A stretch of 64,000 nucleotides of DNA from assembly GCA_963755715.1 (NCBI GenBank), contig CAVWLW010000027.1:128001-192000 (forward strand), in the 5' to 3' direction. Below are positions 1 to 10,968 of the stretch, one piece after another; positions within the stretch are counted from its first letter, which is position 1; each line of letters starts with the position of its first letter. A program made the position numbers and the translations under genes. Origin of the DNA: an uncultured delta proteobacterium. Its GTDB lineage: Bacteria; Desulfobacterota; Binatia; UBA9968. Below the pieces are notes generated by a model. That model was not told the origin of the DNA, ran no database searches, and saw only the letters and a program-made list of their open reading frames with translations.

Positions 1-1454
1 TGAAAATCGACAACGTTGAGGATTGTCTGCAGGGTTGCGCTGATGATGCGCGGCCCACCGGCCGCGCCGACGACAAGCTCAGGGCGGTTTTGTCGCAGGA
101 CGATCGTCGGCGCCATGCTGCTGAGCGGACGTTTGTCGGCTTGCAGCGAGTTCGCCTCGTTGCCGATCAAGCCGTAAACATTGCCGATGCCGGGATGAAT
201 GGCGAAATCATCCATCTCGTTGTTGAGCACGATGCCGGTTTGCGCCACGAGTAGTTTCGAGCCGAAGCGCGTATTGACCGATTGGGTGCATGCCACCGCA
301 TTGCCGAAACGATCGATCACGCTGAAGTGCGTCGTTCCGCCTTTTTCGGCATTGTAATTGTAATAACCGTAAAAAGGCGGCGGATGCGTTTTGTCGGGCG
401 AGATCCGGCCGCGAATCCAGGCGGCGTAATCCTTTGCCGTCAGTTTACGAATCGGCACATGGACGAAATCCGGATCGCCGAGAAACTGCGCCCGGTCGGC
501 GAAGGCATGTTTCATGGCCTCGGTTAGAAGGTGAAGATACTCGGCTGAGTTATGACGAAATTGATCGAGTTTATAGCCTTCAAGGATATTAAGCATCTCT
601 AAGATCGCGACGCCGCCGGAGCTCGGCGGTGGCATGGTGATGATCGTGCGATCTCGGTATGCGCCAATCAGCGGCTCGCGCCATACCGGCTTGTAGCGTT
701 TTAGATCATCCGCCGTCATCACGCCGCCGTTTTTTTGGATCGTGTCAATGATCGCCGCGCCAATCCAGCCCTGATAAAAAACTTGAGAACCTTGCGCCGC
801 GATCGCTTTGAGAGTCTCGGCCAACGCCGGCTGCCGAATAATGGCGCCTTGGGCAGGCACTGCGCCATTGGTGAGATAAATACTGCCAAGGTCGGCGAAG
901 CGCTTCATCGCCGTCTGCTGGCGCTCGATAGCGATGCGCAGGGTCGGATCCAGAGGAAAACCGTTGCTCGCGAGCTTTAGCGCGGGCGCAACGAGCGCGG
1001 CCAGCGGCAGCGTGCCAAAACGCCGGCGCGCCTCGACCAAGCCGGCGACTTCTCCGGGCACACCGACGGCCAAAGCGCCCGTGAGGCTCAGGGACGGCAC
1101 AGGTTTGCCGTCTTTCGTATATAACTCTCTGCGCGATTCTCGCGGCGCGGTTTCGCGAAAATCCAGCGCGAAGGACTTTCTATCTTGGGCTCGGTAAATC
1201 ACCATGAAGCCGCCGCCGCCCAAGCCCGAGGACGCCTGATCGACCACGGAAAGCGCGAACGCCGTTGCGACCGCCGCGTCGACAGCATTGCCGCCGCGCT
1301 TAAGAATCTCCATGCCCGCGGCGCTCGCGAGTTCGCTGTCGGCGACAACGAGGCCCGCGCTCGATTCGAGCACGCGTTCGCGGGCACTAGCGCGAAAAGA
1401 CAGAACGACGAGGAAAAAAATGACGAGTAGTCGGTTTGGTTTGGCAAATCGCAT
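1..1454 (-). CDS. ggt: Gamma-glutamyltransferase, 3' end runs off the window
   Basis: Absent from the ORF track because there is no stop in the window. Manual translation from ATG 1454: signal-like MRFAKPNRLLVIFFLVVLSF, then AGMEILKRGGNAVDAAVATAF, autocleavage motif GGTTHFSVID, LNNEMDDF, KRPLSSMAPT and GGPRIISATLQ. Confidence 0.93.
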   Translation of the reverse strand, partial: MRFAKPNRLLVIFFLVVLSFRASARERVLESSAGLVVADSELASAAGMEILKRGGNAVDAAVATAFALSVVDQASSGLGGGGFMVIYRAQDRKSFALDFRETAPRESRRELYTKDGKPVPSLSLTGALAVGVPGEVAGLVEARRRFGTLPLAALVAPALKLASNGFPLDPTLRIAIERQQTAMKRFADLGSIYLTNGAVPAQGAIIRQPALAETLKAIAAQGSQVFYQGWIGAAIIDTIQKNGGVMTADDLKRYKPVWREPLIGAYRDRTIITMPPPSSGGVAILEMLNILEGYKLDQFRHNSAEYLHLLTEAMKHAFADRAQFLGDPDFVHVPIRKLTAKDYAAWIRGRISPDKTHPPPFYGYYNYNAEKGGTTHFSVIDRFGNAVACTQSVNTRFGSKLLVAQTGIVLNNEMDDFAIHPGIGNVYGLIGNEANSLQADKRPLSSMAPTIVLRQNRPELVVGAAGGPRIISATLQTILNVVDF

Positions 1455-1621
1455 TGGCTGTTGGTTTAATGGTTTGTATTTACATTTGCAATTGCCGTCG
1501 GTGTCACGAACATCGTCCGCCCAAATGATCGACGTGCCTCTGGCGCTTGCGCTAAACGATACCTTGTTTCATATTTCGTGCTAGTTTGAGTCTGCAGGTC
1601 ATCCGAGCCCGCTAACAAATC

Positions 1622-4600
1622 ATGCAAACCATCCTCGGGCCATTTAACCCCGACCTCGAAAACAGTCTCGTCGAGGAAATCCTAAAATATAAGGACGCGG
1701 ACTTGCTCAGCCCGCTGTTGATTCTAACGCCGTCCGACTTGCTGCGCCGGCGGTTAAAAATACTTTTAAGCCGCGAGCGGCGTCTGGCGCTGCTTAATGT
1801 TCAGTTGCTGACCTTTTACCAATTGGCCCTGCGGCTCCAAGCAGAGAGCAGCGGCACAGCGCTGGAGCTACGCACCGATCTATTTCTCGAAGAAGCGCTG
1901 CGCCAAATCATCCGCACGCGCCAGCCCGGCGCGGAGCCTTTTGCCGGCATCGAAGAGCGCGCTGGCGGCTGCGCCGCGCTCTGGCAGACCCTGCGCGATC
2001 TGCGCGACGGACTCGTCGATCCAACGGTCGCGCTCGACGCGCTGGGCGAAGGGCACTTCAGCCAGCGCGCCAGCGAACGCACATCGCAGCTTTTGGTCTT
2101 ACTGCGAACCTTTCAACAATTTTGCCGCCGACAGAAAATCACCGACCAGTCCGACTTGAACCGCGCTGCCACCGAACAGGTTCCGGCATCGAGATTCTTG
2201 CAACAATTTAGTCAGATTTTCTATTATGGCTTTTATGATCTGACGCAAATTCAGGTAGACTTTTTTCACGCGGTCGCGCGCCACTATCCGACCACGCTCT
2301 ATTTTCCCTATCTGTCCGCCAAGCCGAGTCATGACGCCTGGCGCTTCGCCGAGCGCTTTTACGAGCGTTACATTCAGGGACACAACACCGAACCCGCGCA
2401 AGAGTTAGAATCTCAAGGCGTCTTGCCCGCATCAGCGCGCCTGTTCGATGACAACAAAGAGCGAAAATACGGCGACTTTCCGAAACACTGGCAGTGCCAC
2501 ATCGTCAGTACTTTCGGCATTCAAGATGAAGTCGCCGCGGCGGCGAAAGAGATCTTGCGACTTGCCGAGGACTGCAAGCTGCAACTTCATGAAATTGGCG
2601 TTGTGGCTCGAAGCTTGGAGTCTTACAGCCAAGTCGTCAAAGACATTTTTCACCAGCACCGCATCCCGCTCGCCGGCACGCTCGAAGAACCGTTGGTGCA
2701 GTTCCCGTTAACCAAGGCAGTCATTCTGCTTCTGAACTTGCCTGCAAAAGACTTCGTGCGCAGTCAGGTGATCGATCTGCTCTCTTCACCCTATTTTCAA
2801 TTTCAGAACATAGATGGGAATCCAGCTTCGGTTCGCCCCGATCTCTGGGATCTTGCGACGCGCGAGCTCGCCATCTGCAAAGGCGTGGCCGAGTGGCGCC
2901 GGCTGCGCCGTTACAGCCATCGCGATCTAGAACTGCGGCAGATGTCGGATGATGAAGAGCCGCGTAAAATCCGCATCCGCTCGGTGCAGCTAATCTGCCT
3001 GGCCAATCTTGTCGACACACTGATGGCGGATCTCCTTCGGTTGCCGGACCAAGCTTCATGGCAGGAATACGCCGCGGCCTGGAAGGACTTGCTGAAAAAA
3101 TATCTTGGCATTGCGCCCAATACTGAGACGGCGCCGCGTGACCCCAATGCAGAGATTCTCGAAATCCTGGATCAACTCGCCGGTCTGGACAGCGTGGACA
3201 ATCGCGTCGCGCGCAACGATTTTAGCCGTACCTTTCAACACTGGCTCGAACGCTCCAGCGTGACCGATGACCGCCGAAACCGCGACGGCGTCATGGTGCT
3301 AAGTGCAACTGCGGCACGTGGCCTAGCGTTCCGTGCGCTCTTTGTTCTAGGCATGAACGAAGGCGTTTTCCCGCGCACGATCCGCGAAGATGCCTTTCTG
3401 CGCGATCGCGACCGCGAAGTTCTCGACCGCGACCTGGGCTACAAGGTAAGCCAAAAACTCGCCGCCTTCGACGAAGAAAAGTTGCTGTTCACACTGCTCG
3501 TCGGCGCCGCGCGCGAGCGGCTCTATTGCTCCTTTCAAAGAGCGGACGACAGCGGCAGAGGGCTGGCACCATCCTGGTACGTCGATGAGCTCAAGCGCGC
3601 TCTCAAAGAGCACGGCCGCGAATGCGAAACGATCAATATTCCACGAAGCATGACTGAAAAAACCGCGACGCCGCCGTTCGACCGCCAGGATTTATTATTG
3701 CCGTCCGAACTAGCGATTCGCCTGACGCTCGAAGCTCAAGATCCCACCGCGCTGATCGAAGCCACGGCTTCGCTGCCGGAGCTTTACAGGCAAGGACGCC
3801 AGGTCGTCGCCGCAATCGATCAAAGCAGTGACCGCCTGCTTCCTTACGACGGCGCGCTCGCCGACTTCGATAGCTACTGGAAACATTTTTCCAAGCGCGG
3901 CCCTTCGCCCACGGCGCTCGAAACCTATGCCCGCTGCCCGTTTCAGTTTTTCGCGCGCCACGTGCTCGGCTTGGAACCGCTCGACCATCCTGAAGAAACC
4001 CTCGGACCGAGCCCCGCGGAGTTCGGCGAGCTCGGTCATGGAATTTTGCATTCGTTTTACCGCGCTTGGATTGACGCCGGTTACTTTGCCGGCAAAGCGG
4101 TAACGGTGGACATGGAAACTACGCTGCAAGCCGTCACCGTCCGCGCCTTCGCCGACTATGAAGAGAATAATCCGGTTGGCTACCCGCTCGCGTGGGAGAG
4201 CGTCAAGGACGGTCTCGTCCAACTGTTGCGCCAAGTGATCGCTCAAGATCTCGCCGAGTTGTCACAGTCAGGGTTTTCGCCCGTGAGCCTGGAGGCCGAC
4301 GTGACGACGCGCTTGCCGCCCGACTGGCCGGAACCGCTGAAAAACCTGGCGATCCGCGGCCGCATGGACCGTATCGACCGAAAAGACGACGCTCTGCGGG
4401 TAATCGACTATAAATTCAAATTCGGTGCAAACCGGGCAACCCAAGACAAGAATCTGATCCGCGCCGCCATGCGCGGCGAGAGATTGCAGCCACCCTTCTA
4501 TTACATGCTCGCGCAACGCTGGGCCGAGGAGCAACTTCTCAAGCCATTGCCAAAGACTATCGAGGCGGATTTTTACTACATTTCGCCTCGCTGGGCCGAC

Positions 4601-4873
4601 GGGCCGCTGATCTCGACGCCTTACGGCAGCGAAGGACTTGCCGACAAGGTCGGCGCGGCAACCAAACGCACGATCGCCTATCTGGTCGATGGCGTTCGGC
4701 AAGGCCGTTTCTTCATCAACCGCGGCGTCCACTGCGGCCACTGCGACGCGGCGCCGATCTGCCGCAAAAACCATCCGCCGAGCCTGTGGCGCGCCGAGAA
4801 CGATCCGCTGACCGAACCGCATCGCGCTTTACGCGCAAAAGATCCCAATGACGATGAGCCCGAGCCAGATTGA
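1622..4873 (+). CDS. addB: AddB/RexB-like helicase-nuclease subunit (inactive helicase fold plus PD-(D/E)XK nuclease with 4-Cys Fe-S staple)
   Basis: SPTALETYARCPFQFF, RGRMDRID...VIDYK and C-terminal CGHCDAAPIC. No Walker A. Overlaps the downstream UvrD gene. Confidence 0.85.
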   Translation: MQTILGPFNPDLENSLVEEILKYKDADLLSPLLILTPSDLLRRRLKILLSRERRLALLNVQLLTFYQLALRLQAESSGTALELRTDLFLEEALRQIIRTRQPGAEPFAGIEERAGGCAALWQTLRDLRDGLVDPTVALDALGEGHFSQRASERTSQLLVLLRTFQQFCRRQKITDQSDLNRAATEQVPASRFLQQFSQIFYYGFYDLTQIQVDFFHAVARHYPTTLYFPYLSAKPSHDAWRFAERFYERYIQGHNTEPAQELESQGVLPASARLFDDNKERKYGDFPKHWQCHIVSTFGIQDEVAAAAKEILRLAEDCKLQLHEIGVVARSLESYSQVVKDIFHQHRIPLAGTLEEPLVQFPLTKAVILLLNLPAKDFVRSQVIDLLSSPYFQFQNIDGNPASVRPDLWDLATRELAICKGVAEWRRLRRYSHRDLELRQMSDDEEPRKIRIRSVQLICLANLVDTLMADLLRLPDQASWQEYAAAWKDLLKKYLGIAPNTETAPRDPNAEILEILDQLAGLDSVDNRVARNDFSRTFQHWLERSSVTDDRRNRDGVMVLSATAARGLAFRALFVLGMNEGVFPRTIREDAFLRDRDREVLDRDLGYKVSQKLAAFDEEKLLFTLLVGAARERLYCSFQRADDSGRGLAPSWYVDELKRALKEHGRECETINIPRSMTEKTATPPFDRQDLLLPSELAIRLTLEAQDPTALIEATASLPELYRQGRQVVAAIDQSSDRLLPYDGALADFDSYWKHFSKRGPSPTALETYARCPFQFFARHVLGLEPLDHPEETLGPSPAEFGELGHGILHSFYRAWIDAGYFAGKAVTVDMETTLQAVTVRAFADYEENNPVGYPLAWESVKDGLVQLLRQVIAQDLAELSQSGFSPVSLEADVTTRLPPDWPEPLKNLAIRGRMDRIDRKDDALRVIDYKFKFGANRATQDKNLIRAAMRGERLQPPFYYMLAQRWAEEQLLKPLPKTIEADFYYISPRWADGPLISTPYGSEGLADKVGAATKRTIAYLVDGVRQGRFFINRGVHCGHCDAAPICRKNHPPSLWRAENDPLTEPHRALRAKDPNDDEPEPD

Positions 4874-7800
4874 ACTTGCCGACGCCGGTGATCGACAGGT
4901 CGCCACCGCCTCTTTCGATCGCAATCTCGTGGTCACGGCGGGAGCAGGCACCGGCAAAACGACGTTGTTGGTCGATCGCCTGGTTCATTTGCTGCTGCGC
5001 AATCCCCAGCCGCTAAAAATCACCGAGATCGTCGCCCTCACCTTTACTAACAAAGCCGCCGACGAAATGAAGCTTCGGCTGCGTCAACGCCTGCAGGCTT
5101 TTCTCGATGTCCAGCTCGATCGTGAAGCCGCCAACGATGCCGAGGCTAAAACCAAGAGCGACGCTGAAGCGCTGATCGCGCTCTACCAGCTCTCCAAAGA
5201 CGAATTGGACAATCGCATCCATGATGCGCTCAGAAACATGGAACGAAGCGACATCGGCACGATCCATAGCTTCGCCGCCAACTTGCTTCGCCTCTATCCG
5301 CTCGAAGCGGGCGTCGACCCGCAATTTCGTGAGGACGATGGCGCAGCGTTCGACCGGCTTTTCGACGACCACTGGAACTTGTGGTTGGATCAGGAACTTT
5401 CCTTGGACAGCGCGCACGCGGCGGACTGGCAGAAAATTCTCCCTCGCTGCGGCCTCGATCAAATCAAGGCCTTGGCCAAATCGATTGCCGCGGAAAACGT
5501 CGATCTTCGGCAGAACGCTAACCTAGCCAACGCCGTTTTCCCTGCCCTACGCGATTGGTTGGCAAGGCTCGAAGCCAAGGCCGCAGCCTTGATTGAACGT
5601 CATCCCGAGGATCGCCTGAATGAAAAGTTAGTTCGCGCGGCACGTACTGTCCTGAGCGAGTTTAGAAAAGACGGACAGCGCTCGGATACGTTAATGGACG
5701 AATACGCGCTTTTGTCCGATAAGTCGATCAATCGAGATGTTCAGGGCTGGCCTTCCGACGATGTCGCAACAGCTCAAGAGCTCGTGCGCGCCGCCAAGGG
5801 GCTCGTCAAAGTCGACGGCGAATTGACCGCCACGTTCTGGCGCTTGCTTGTTCCCTTCGCCGAGGATTTCCGCGAGCGCTTCATCCGCGAAGGGCATCTA
5901 TCTTTTGACGGCTTACTCGTGCGCGCGCGCAACCTCGTGCGCGACCAAGTGCGCGTACGCGCGGATCTCAAACGACGCTACCGCACTATTCTCATCGACG
6001 AATTTCAAGACACGGATCCGATTCAATATGAGATTCTCCTCTATTTGGCGGAACAAACCGGTCAGATAGCGTTGGACTGGCGTCAAGTTAGAGTCGTTCC
6101 GGGAAAAATATTTGTGGTCGGCGATCCGAAGCAGTCGATCTACGCTTTTCGCCGCGCGGACATCGAAGCCTACCTCGAAGTCGTCGAAAAAATTATCAAA
6201 GCGCAGGATGGCATCGAGTGCCGTCTCACCACCAACTTTCGCAGCAACGCGGCGATCCTGGACGGAGTGAACGGCGCGTTCGAAAACCTCATCCAAGCTC
6301 AAGACGGCGTGCAACCGCCCTACATCGCCATCTATCCGGCGCCCGGTCGAATCACCGAGCCGAGCGACATTCCCAAGCTCTTGGTGCGAAAGATTGTCGC
6401 GGACCGAGACGTCAATGCCGAAACCGCGCGCCATCTGGAAGGTGAAAGCCTGGCGCGCTGGCTAAAGGAGCAGGTCTTAGGCAAAGCCACAATTTTGAAC
6501 ACGCGAGGCGAAAAAGTCCAGGCGCAGCCTAAAGATGTCGCGATTCTGCTGCGCAAGCTCACCGACATCCACGACTACCTAGAACCCTTGCGCCGCCAAG
6601 AAATTCGGTACGTCGTCGAAGGCGAACGCCACTTTTACGCCGCGAAAGAAATCATCGACGCCGTCAACCTGCTGCGCGCCGTAGAAAATCCCCACGATCG
6701 GCTGGCGTTCGTCGGCGTTCTACGCGCGCCTTTGGGCGGGCTCACCGACCAGCAAATTTATGAGCTGCACCGGCAAAACCTGCTCGATTACCGCGCTGCC
6801 GCGAAACTCGCTGGAAAGGATTTTCCACCGACGCTGGTACAGCTCTATGACACGCTGGCGCGCCTACATGATGAAACCCGCAGAATGCCGATTGGCGCCG
6901 CGGTAGCCCATGTATTTGCGACGTTGCCGGTGGAACTGCTGGCGGCATGCTATTTTCACGGCGAACAGGCGGTGGCAAATTTGCAAAAGTTGGCGCAGCA
7001 GGCCGAGTTGCTTGGCCGCGAAGGATTGACCACGCTTAAGGAAGCGATCCGCCAGCTAGAACAACGCGTGCTCGACGTCAAAGATGAAGGCGAAAGCGTG
7101 CTCGCCGAAGAAAACCTCGATGCCGTACGCATCATGAGCATTCACAAATCTAAAGGCTTGGAGTTCCCCATCGTGATTCTAGCCGGCTGCCAAACCGGCA
7201 TCGAGGGCAGACACAGCGCCGCAGCCGAAGCGCTGTTCGATTGGTCGACGGGATTGACCGGCTTACGTATCGGCGCGATTTCGGATCTCGCCGGGCTATA
7301 CATCGCGGAAAAAACCAGGCTGAGAAACGCCGAAGAACAAAAGCGTCTGCTCTACGTCGCTATGACCAGAGCGAGAGAGCATCTAATTATCTCCTGCGCG
7401 CCGAGCGATCGGCGCTCGAGCGGCAGTTTTCTTTCCATGCTCGACGACACCGTGAACCACGGTATCACCGACGCAGAAGAGCCAAAGAGGGTATCGCTCG
7501 GGGCCGGCGTAGTGGAAATCGAAGTCGTCAGCGAAAGACTGACCGCGCCCGGTCGCACAAAAGGCAAATCCAAACGCGTCAAGAAAACAAACCGAGTGGA
7601 GATCCTTCATCGATACTTGGGCGCGCCGCGACGCGCGACTATGAGAAGGCGCAACAAGCCGCGCCGTTTGTCACGCCGACGCTCCTGAAACGGCAAGAGG
7701 AATCATCGACTGAATCCGGCAGCAAAATGAACGGTCAATTCTATCGGCAAACGCCGGCTCTCGTCGTCGGTGATCTTGCGCACCGTTTTCTGCAGAACTG

Positions 7801-8269
7801 GCAGTTCACCAGGGACGTCAAAGAATACAAAGGGCAACTTCACGATTTCATCACGCTCTCACTGCCGAGGGAATTCGCGTCATCCTGCCGAGAGATCGAA
7901 GCCGAGCTCGAAGACATTTTCCAGGCTTTCTTTCGCTCGAAAGTCTACGCCGAGCTCGCCGGCGCACGGATCCTCGGCCGCGAAGTGCCGCTCTTGATGC
8001 CGTGGAACGGCCAGATCATGGAAGGTGTCATCGATTTGATCTACGAAAAAAACGGCTTGCTTTACTTGGCCGACTATAAGACAGATAGGATCACGAAAGA
8101 TCAATTGATCGAAGGCGCGGCGCGCTATAACCGGCAGGCGGAAATCTATTCACAAGCGGTCAAACAGAGTCTCGGACGCGAACTCGCGGCTTTTAAAATA
8201 ATTTTCTTGCGTCTCGGCGAAGCCGTCGAGCTCGGCGCAGAAAAGAATAAGGAGTTATCGCTGTTCTGA
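4848..8269 (+). CDS. addA: AddA-like UvrD/SF1A helicase with C-terminal nuclease, frameshifted near 7590-7635
   Basis: AGAGTGKTT, LIDEFQDT, VGDPKQSIYAFRRAD, NFRS, SIHKSKGLEF and LYVAMTRA in ORF 4848-7688. The nuclease motif EGVIDLIY...ADYKTD continues in ORF 7241-8269. Confidence 0.87.
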
Positions 8270-8272
8270 TCC

Positions 8273-8887
8273 ATGGCCATGAAGATTATTTTTCTCGATA
8301 TCGAAACCGTCCCTACCGATCTATCGTTGCAGGAAAATGGTCTCCTTGAACCGCAAATCCAACTGAATGAAGCCGAGCTGATCAAAAAGCTCAGCCTATC
8401 GGCGGCAACCGCGAAGATTATTTGCCTCTGCTACGCCATCGAGCCGTCCACAGACACCGAAGTCCAAGTGCTTCAAGGAGAAGAGACCGAAATCATCAAA
8501 GGGTTTTGGAAATTGGCGGTCGAGTGCAATCTCTTCGTCGGCCACAACATCCTCGATTTCGACCTTCGCTTCATCTATCAACGCTCGATCATCCATCAAA
8601 TCAAACCGTCGCGCGATCTTCCCTTTGCTCGTTTCCGAAACGCGCCGATTTACGACACCATGCAGGAGTGGAGCAAGTGGGGCCGCGAACACGCGAGCCT
8701 CGACACACTTTCGAAAGCCCTCAGCATTCCTTCGCCGAAGGAAAGTCTCGACGGCTCTAAAGTCTACCCGTACTACCGAGCCGGCAAGCTCGCCGAAATC
8801 ATCGAATACTGTAAGCGCGACGTCGACTCGACACGGCAAGTCTATCGCCGGCTGACGTTTACGAATGGGCCGGGGCCGGCTGTATAG
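8273..8887 (+). CDS. DEDD-type 3'-5' exonuclease (PolB-exonuclease-related, RNase H-like fold)
   Basis: Exo motifs FLDIET, VGHNILDFD and EYCKRDV. Starts 3 nt after the addA stop. Confidence 0.8.
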   Translation: MAMKIIFLDIETVPTDLSLQENGLLEPQIQLNEAELIKKLSLSAATAKIICLCYAIEPSTDTEVQVLQGEETEIIKGFWKLAVECNLFVGHNILDFDLRFIYQRSIIHQIKPSRDLPFARFRNAPIYDTMQEWSKWGREHASLDTLSKALSIPSPKESLDGSKVYPYYRAGKLAEIIEYCKRDVDSTRQVYRRLTFTNGPGPAV

Positions 8888-9041
8888 ACAACCGTCTTGA
8901 CGTTTGGGGCAAGTGATGTGACAAACCGCAACAATTCTACATGCTGCACCTAACCGATTCGCTAAAGCGCATGCCTAGCGTGTATGTTATCGGCCTGTTA
9001 GATAGCAACTAACTATTGTGCCAAGACATCGAGAGAAGGAT

Positions 9042-9449
9042 ATGAACGAAGAACGAATAGCTCAAAATTTGGCGGCCGTTGTGAACCATTTTCACAGTGA
9101 GGCGCTGAACGACGTGGAGGCCGCACTTTCGACATTCACCGACGATGTCATTTGGGAGGCACCTGCACCGAACGGTCTTAACCGATCTTTCACGGGGAAG
9201 GAGGCGGTCGAGAGTAATTATCGGCAGCTCTGGGCGTCCATGCGCAATGTGACCTTTCAGCCACTCCAGCGCATCGCTACCGAGGATCGTGTGGTGGATG
9301 ACTGCACGGTTACTTTTGAGGTGGCCAAAGATGGATATTGGCATTTTCCGGTCGGCAGCAAAGTGGAAATGCGACTGGTCCACATCTTCGAGATGCGCGA
9401 CGGAAAGATCGCACGGGAGATCGTTTTCGACATGGGACGTAGCGTCTAG
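9042..9449 (+). CDS. SnoaL/NTF2-like protein
   Basis: FTDDVIWEAP and HIFEMRDGKIAREIVF. AAGGA RBS before ATG 9042. Confidence 0.8.
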   Translation: MNEERIAQNLAAVVNHFHSEALNDVEAALSTFTDDVIWEAPAPNGLNRSFTGKEAVESNYRQLWASMRNVTFQPLQRIATEDRVVDDCTVTFEVAKDGYWHFPVGSKVEMRLVHIFEMRDGKIAREIVFDMGRSV

Positions 9450-9562
9450 TTGGAAGGGCAAGATGATACCGACGACTGCTGGGATCTAGTTCGAGATTGG
9501 GAGCATATTGGCTAAGGTTTAATCTCCATTTAGTTCTTGCTCCTGCCTTCTCGACGGCTCGT

Positions 9563-9592
9563 TTGACTCCCAGTACGCCAGTCGATAATAAT
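9563..9592 (+). promoter_or_regulatory. Putative sigma70 promoter of the cupin-eutA operon
   Basis: TTGACT, 17 nt spacer, TAATAA(T), about 85 nt upstream of ATG 9677. Confidence 0.4.
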
Positions 9593-9676
9593 TGTTACAA
9601 ATCCGCTAGGCCTGAGCACGTGATCTCACGCCGATCTGCAGATTCCAACGAATTATACGAGCAAGAAGGAGGCATT

Positions 9677-10873
9677 ATGGATCATCCCGCTGAGCAATCA
9701 TTTCAGGAACCGACAGATAAAAAGACCCGGGCCGGCTATGGAAAATTTCTCCGGCCGAATACGCCTTACGACAACTTCATGGAGTCGCAGGGCATTCCGA
9801 TTTATCGCGACATCGGCGTTCGGCGCGTGCAGGATCTGCCTCGCAAGCCGTGGAAGCGCATGGGCGGCAACGGCACGTTCATTCAGCTCCTCGGCACCGA
9901 AGGTCTGTGGGGTTGCTACGTCGTCGAGGTCCCCGGCGCCGGCGCGTTGAACCCGGAAAAGCATCTGTACGAAGAGCAGTATCTCGTCGTCGACGGCCGC
10001 GGCACCACCGAGGTTTGGGTCGACGGCAATCCGAAGAAGGTCACGTTTGAATGGCAGAAAGGCTCGATCTTCGCCATTCCGATGAATGCGACGCATCGCA
10101 TCGTCAATGCGACCTCGAGCCCGGCGCTTTTGCTCGCCGGCACCACGGCGCCCAATATTATGAACAACTTTGGCAACGAGGATTTTATCTTCAACTGCCC
10201 CTATAACTTCAAAGACCGTTTCGATCCCAGCGACGACTACTACAAGTACAAAGAAGAAGTCACGCCGGACCCGCTCCGGGGTCTCGCCATGCGCCAGACG
10301 AACATCATTCCCGACGTCATGTCCTGCGAGTTACCCATGGATAACCGGCGCTCGCCGGGTTATCGGCGCATCGAGCCGCATATGGCGGGACAGCAATTCT
10401 ATATGTGGATCGGTCAGCATGAAACCGGCCGTTACTCGAAAGCGCATGCGCATGGCTCCGCGGCAGTGCTGATTTGCCTGAGCGGCAAAGGGTATACCTA
10501 CACGTGGCCGGCAAAATTGGGCACCCATCCCTGGGAAAAAGGCACGACGGAAGAAATCAGACGCCAGGACTATGAACCCGTGGGTATGGTCAGCGCGGCG
10601 CCAATGAGCGGGAACTGGTTTCATGCCCATTTTGGCGCGAGCAAAGAGCCGCTGCGTCTCACCGCCTGGTTCGGCCCCAACGCGCCAGGGCGCGATCGCG
10701 GCAAGCCTGGTGAAAAGGGCATCGACTACGGCGCCATCGACATGAAAGACGGCGGCACGGCGATCCCGTACAACGAAGAAGATCCGTATCTCCGTAAAGA
10801 GTTCGAAGAAACGCTGGCAAGTGTGGGCGCGCAATCGCGCATGGAGCCGGATCTTTACAAGCACTCCTACTAA
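9677..10873 (+). CDS. Bicupin (two cupin domains), putative metalloenzyme
   Basis: Cupin motifs PEKHLYEEQYLVVDGRG...THRIVN and SKAHAHGSAAVLICLSGKG...NWFHAHFG. GGAGG RBS before ATG 9677. Confidence 0.8.
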   Translation: MDHPAEQSFQEPTDKKTRAGYGKFLRPNTPYDNFMESQGIPIYRDIGVRRVQDLPRKPWKRMGGNGTFIQLLGTEGLWGCYVVEVPGAGALNPEKHLYEEQYLVVDGRGTTEVWVDGNPKKVTFEWQKGSIFAIPMNATHRIVNATSSPALLLAGTTAPNIMNNFGNEDFIFNCPYNFKDRFDPSDDYYKYKEEVTPDPLRGLAMRQTNIIPDVMSCELPMDNRRSPGYRRIEPHMAGQQFYMWIGQHETGRYSKAHAHGSAAVLICLSGKGYTYTWPAKLGTHPWEKGTTEEIRRQDYEPVGMVSAAPMSGNWFHAHFGASKEPLRLTAWFGPNAPGRDRGKPGEKGIDYGAIDMKDGGTAIPYNEEDPYLRKEFEETLASVGAQSRMEPDLYKHSY

Positions 10874-10888
10874 GAATCTGTCTCAGCG

Positions 10889-10935
10889 TCTAGGGTCTAG
10901 AGTTTGGGGGTTAACGCCAGACTCTAGACTCTGGA
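10889..10935. repeat. Heptamer-periodic inverted repeat (GTCTAG[AG] units)
   Basis: tctagggtctagagtttgg ... ccagactctagactctgga forms an imperfect hairpin between the cupin and eutA-like genes. Confidence 0.65.
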
Positions 10936-10968
10936 ATCCAAACGATCTTAGCTGCCCAAAGGAATTTC

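Noticed and set aside
282-1584. Several short plus-strand ORFs in the track
   Set aside because: They are antisense shadows of the minus-strand ggt gene, which the track omits because its stop lies outside the window.
7241-8269. Separate 342-aa nuclease ORF or programmed frameshift in addA
   Set aside because: Only the C-terminal part is protein-like and it completes AddA. There is no clear slippery site, and similar indels occur throughout the window.
1622-8887. Helicase + nuclease + exonuclease as an anti-phage defence system or Cas4 locus
   Set aside because: Motifs and gene order fit housekeeping AddAB. There is no CRISPR array, cas1 or defence-island context.
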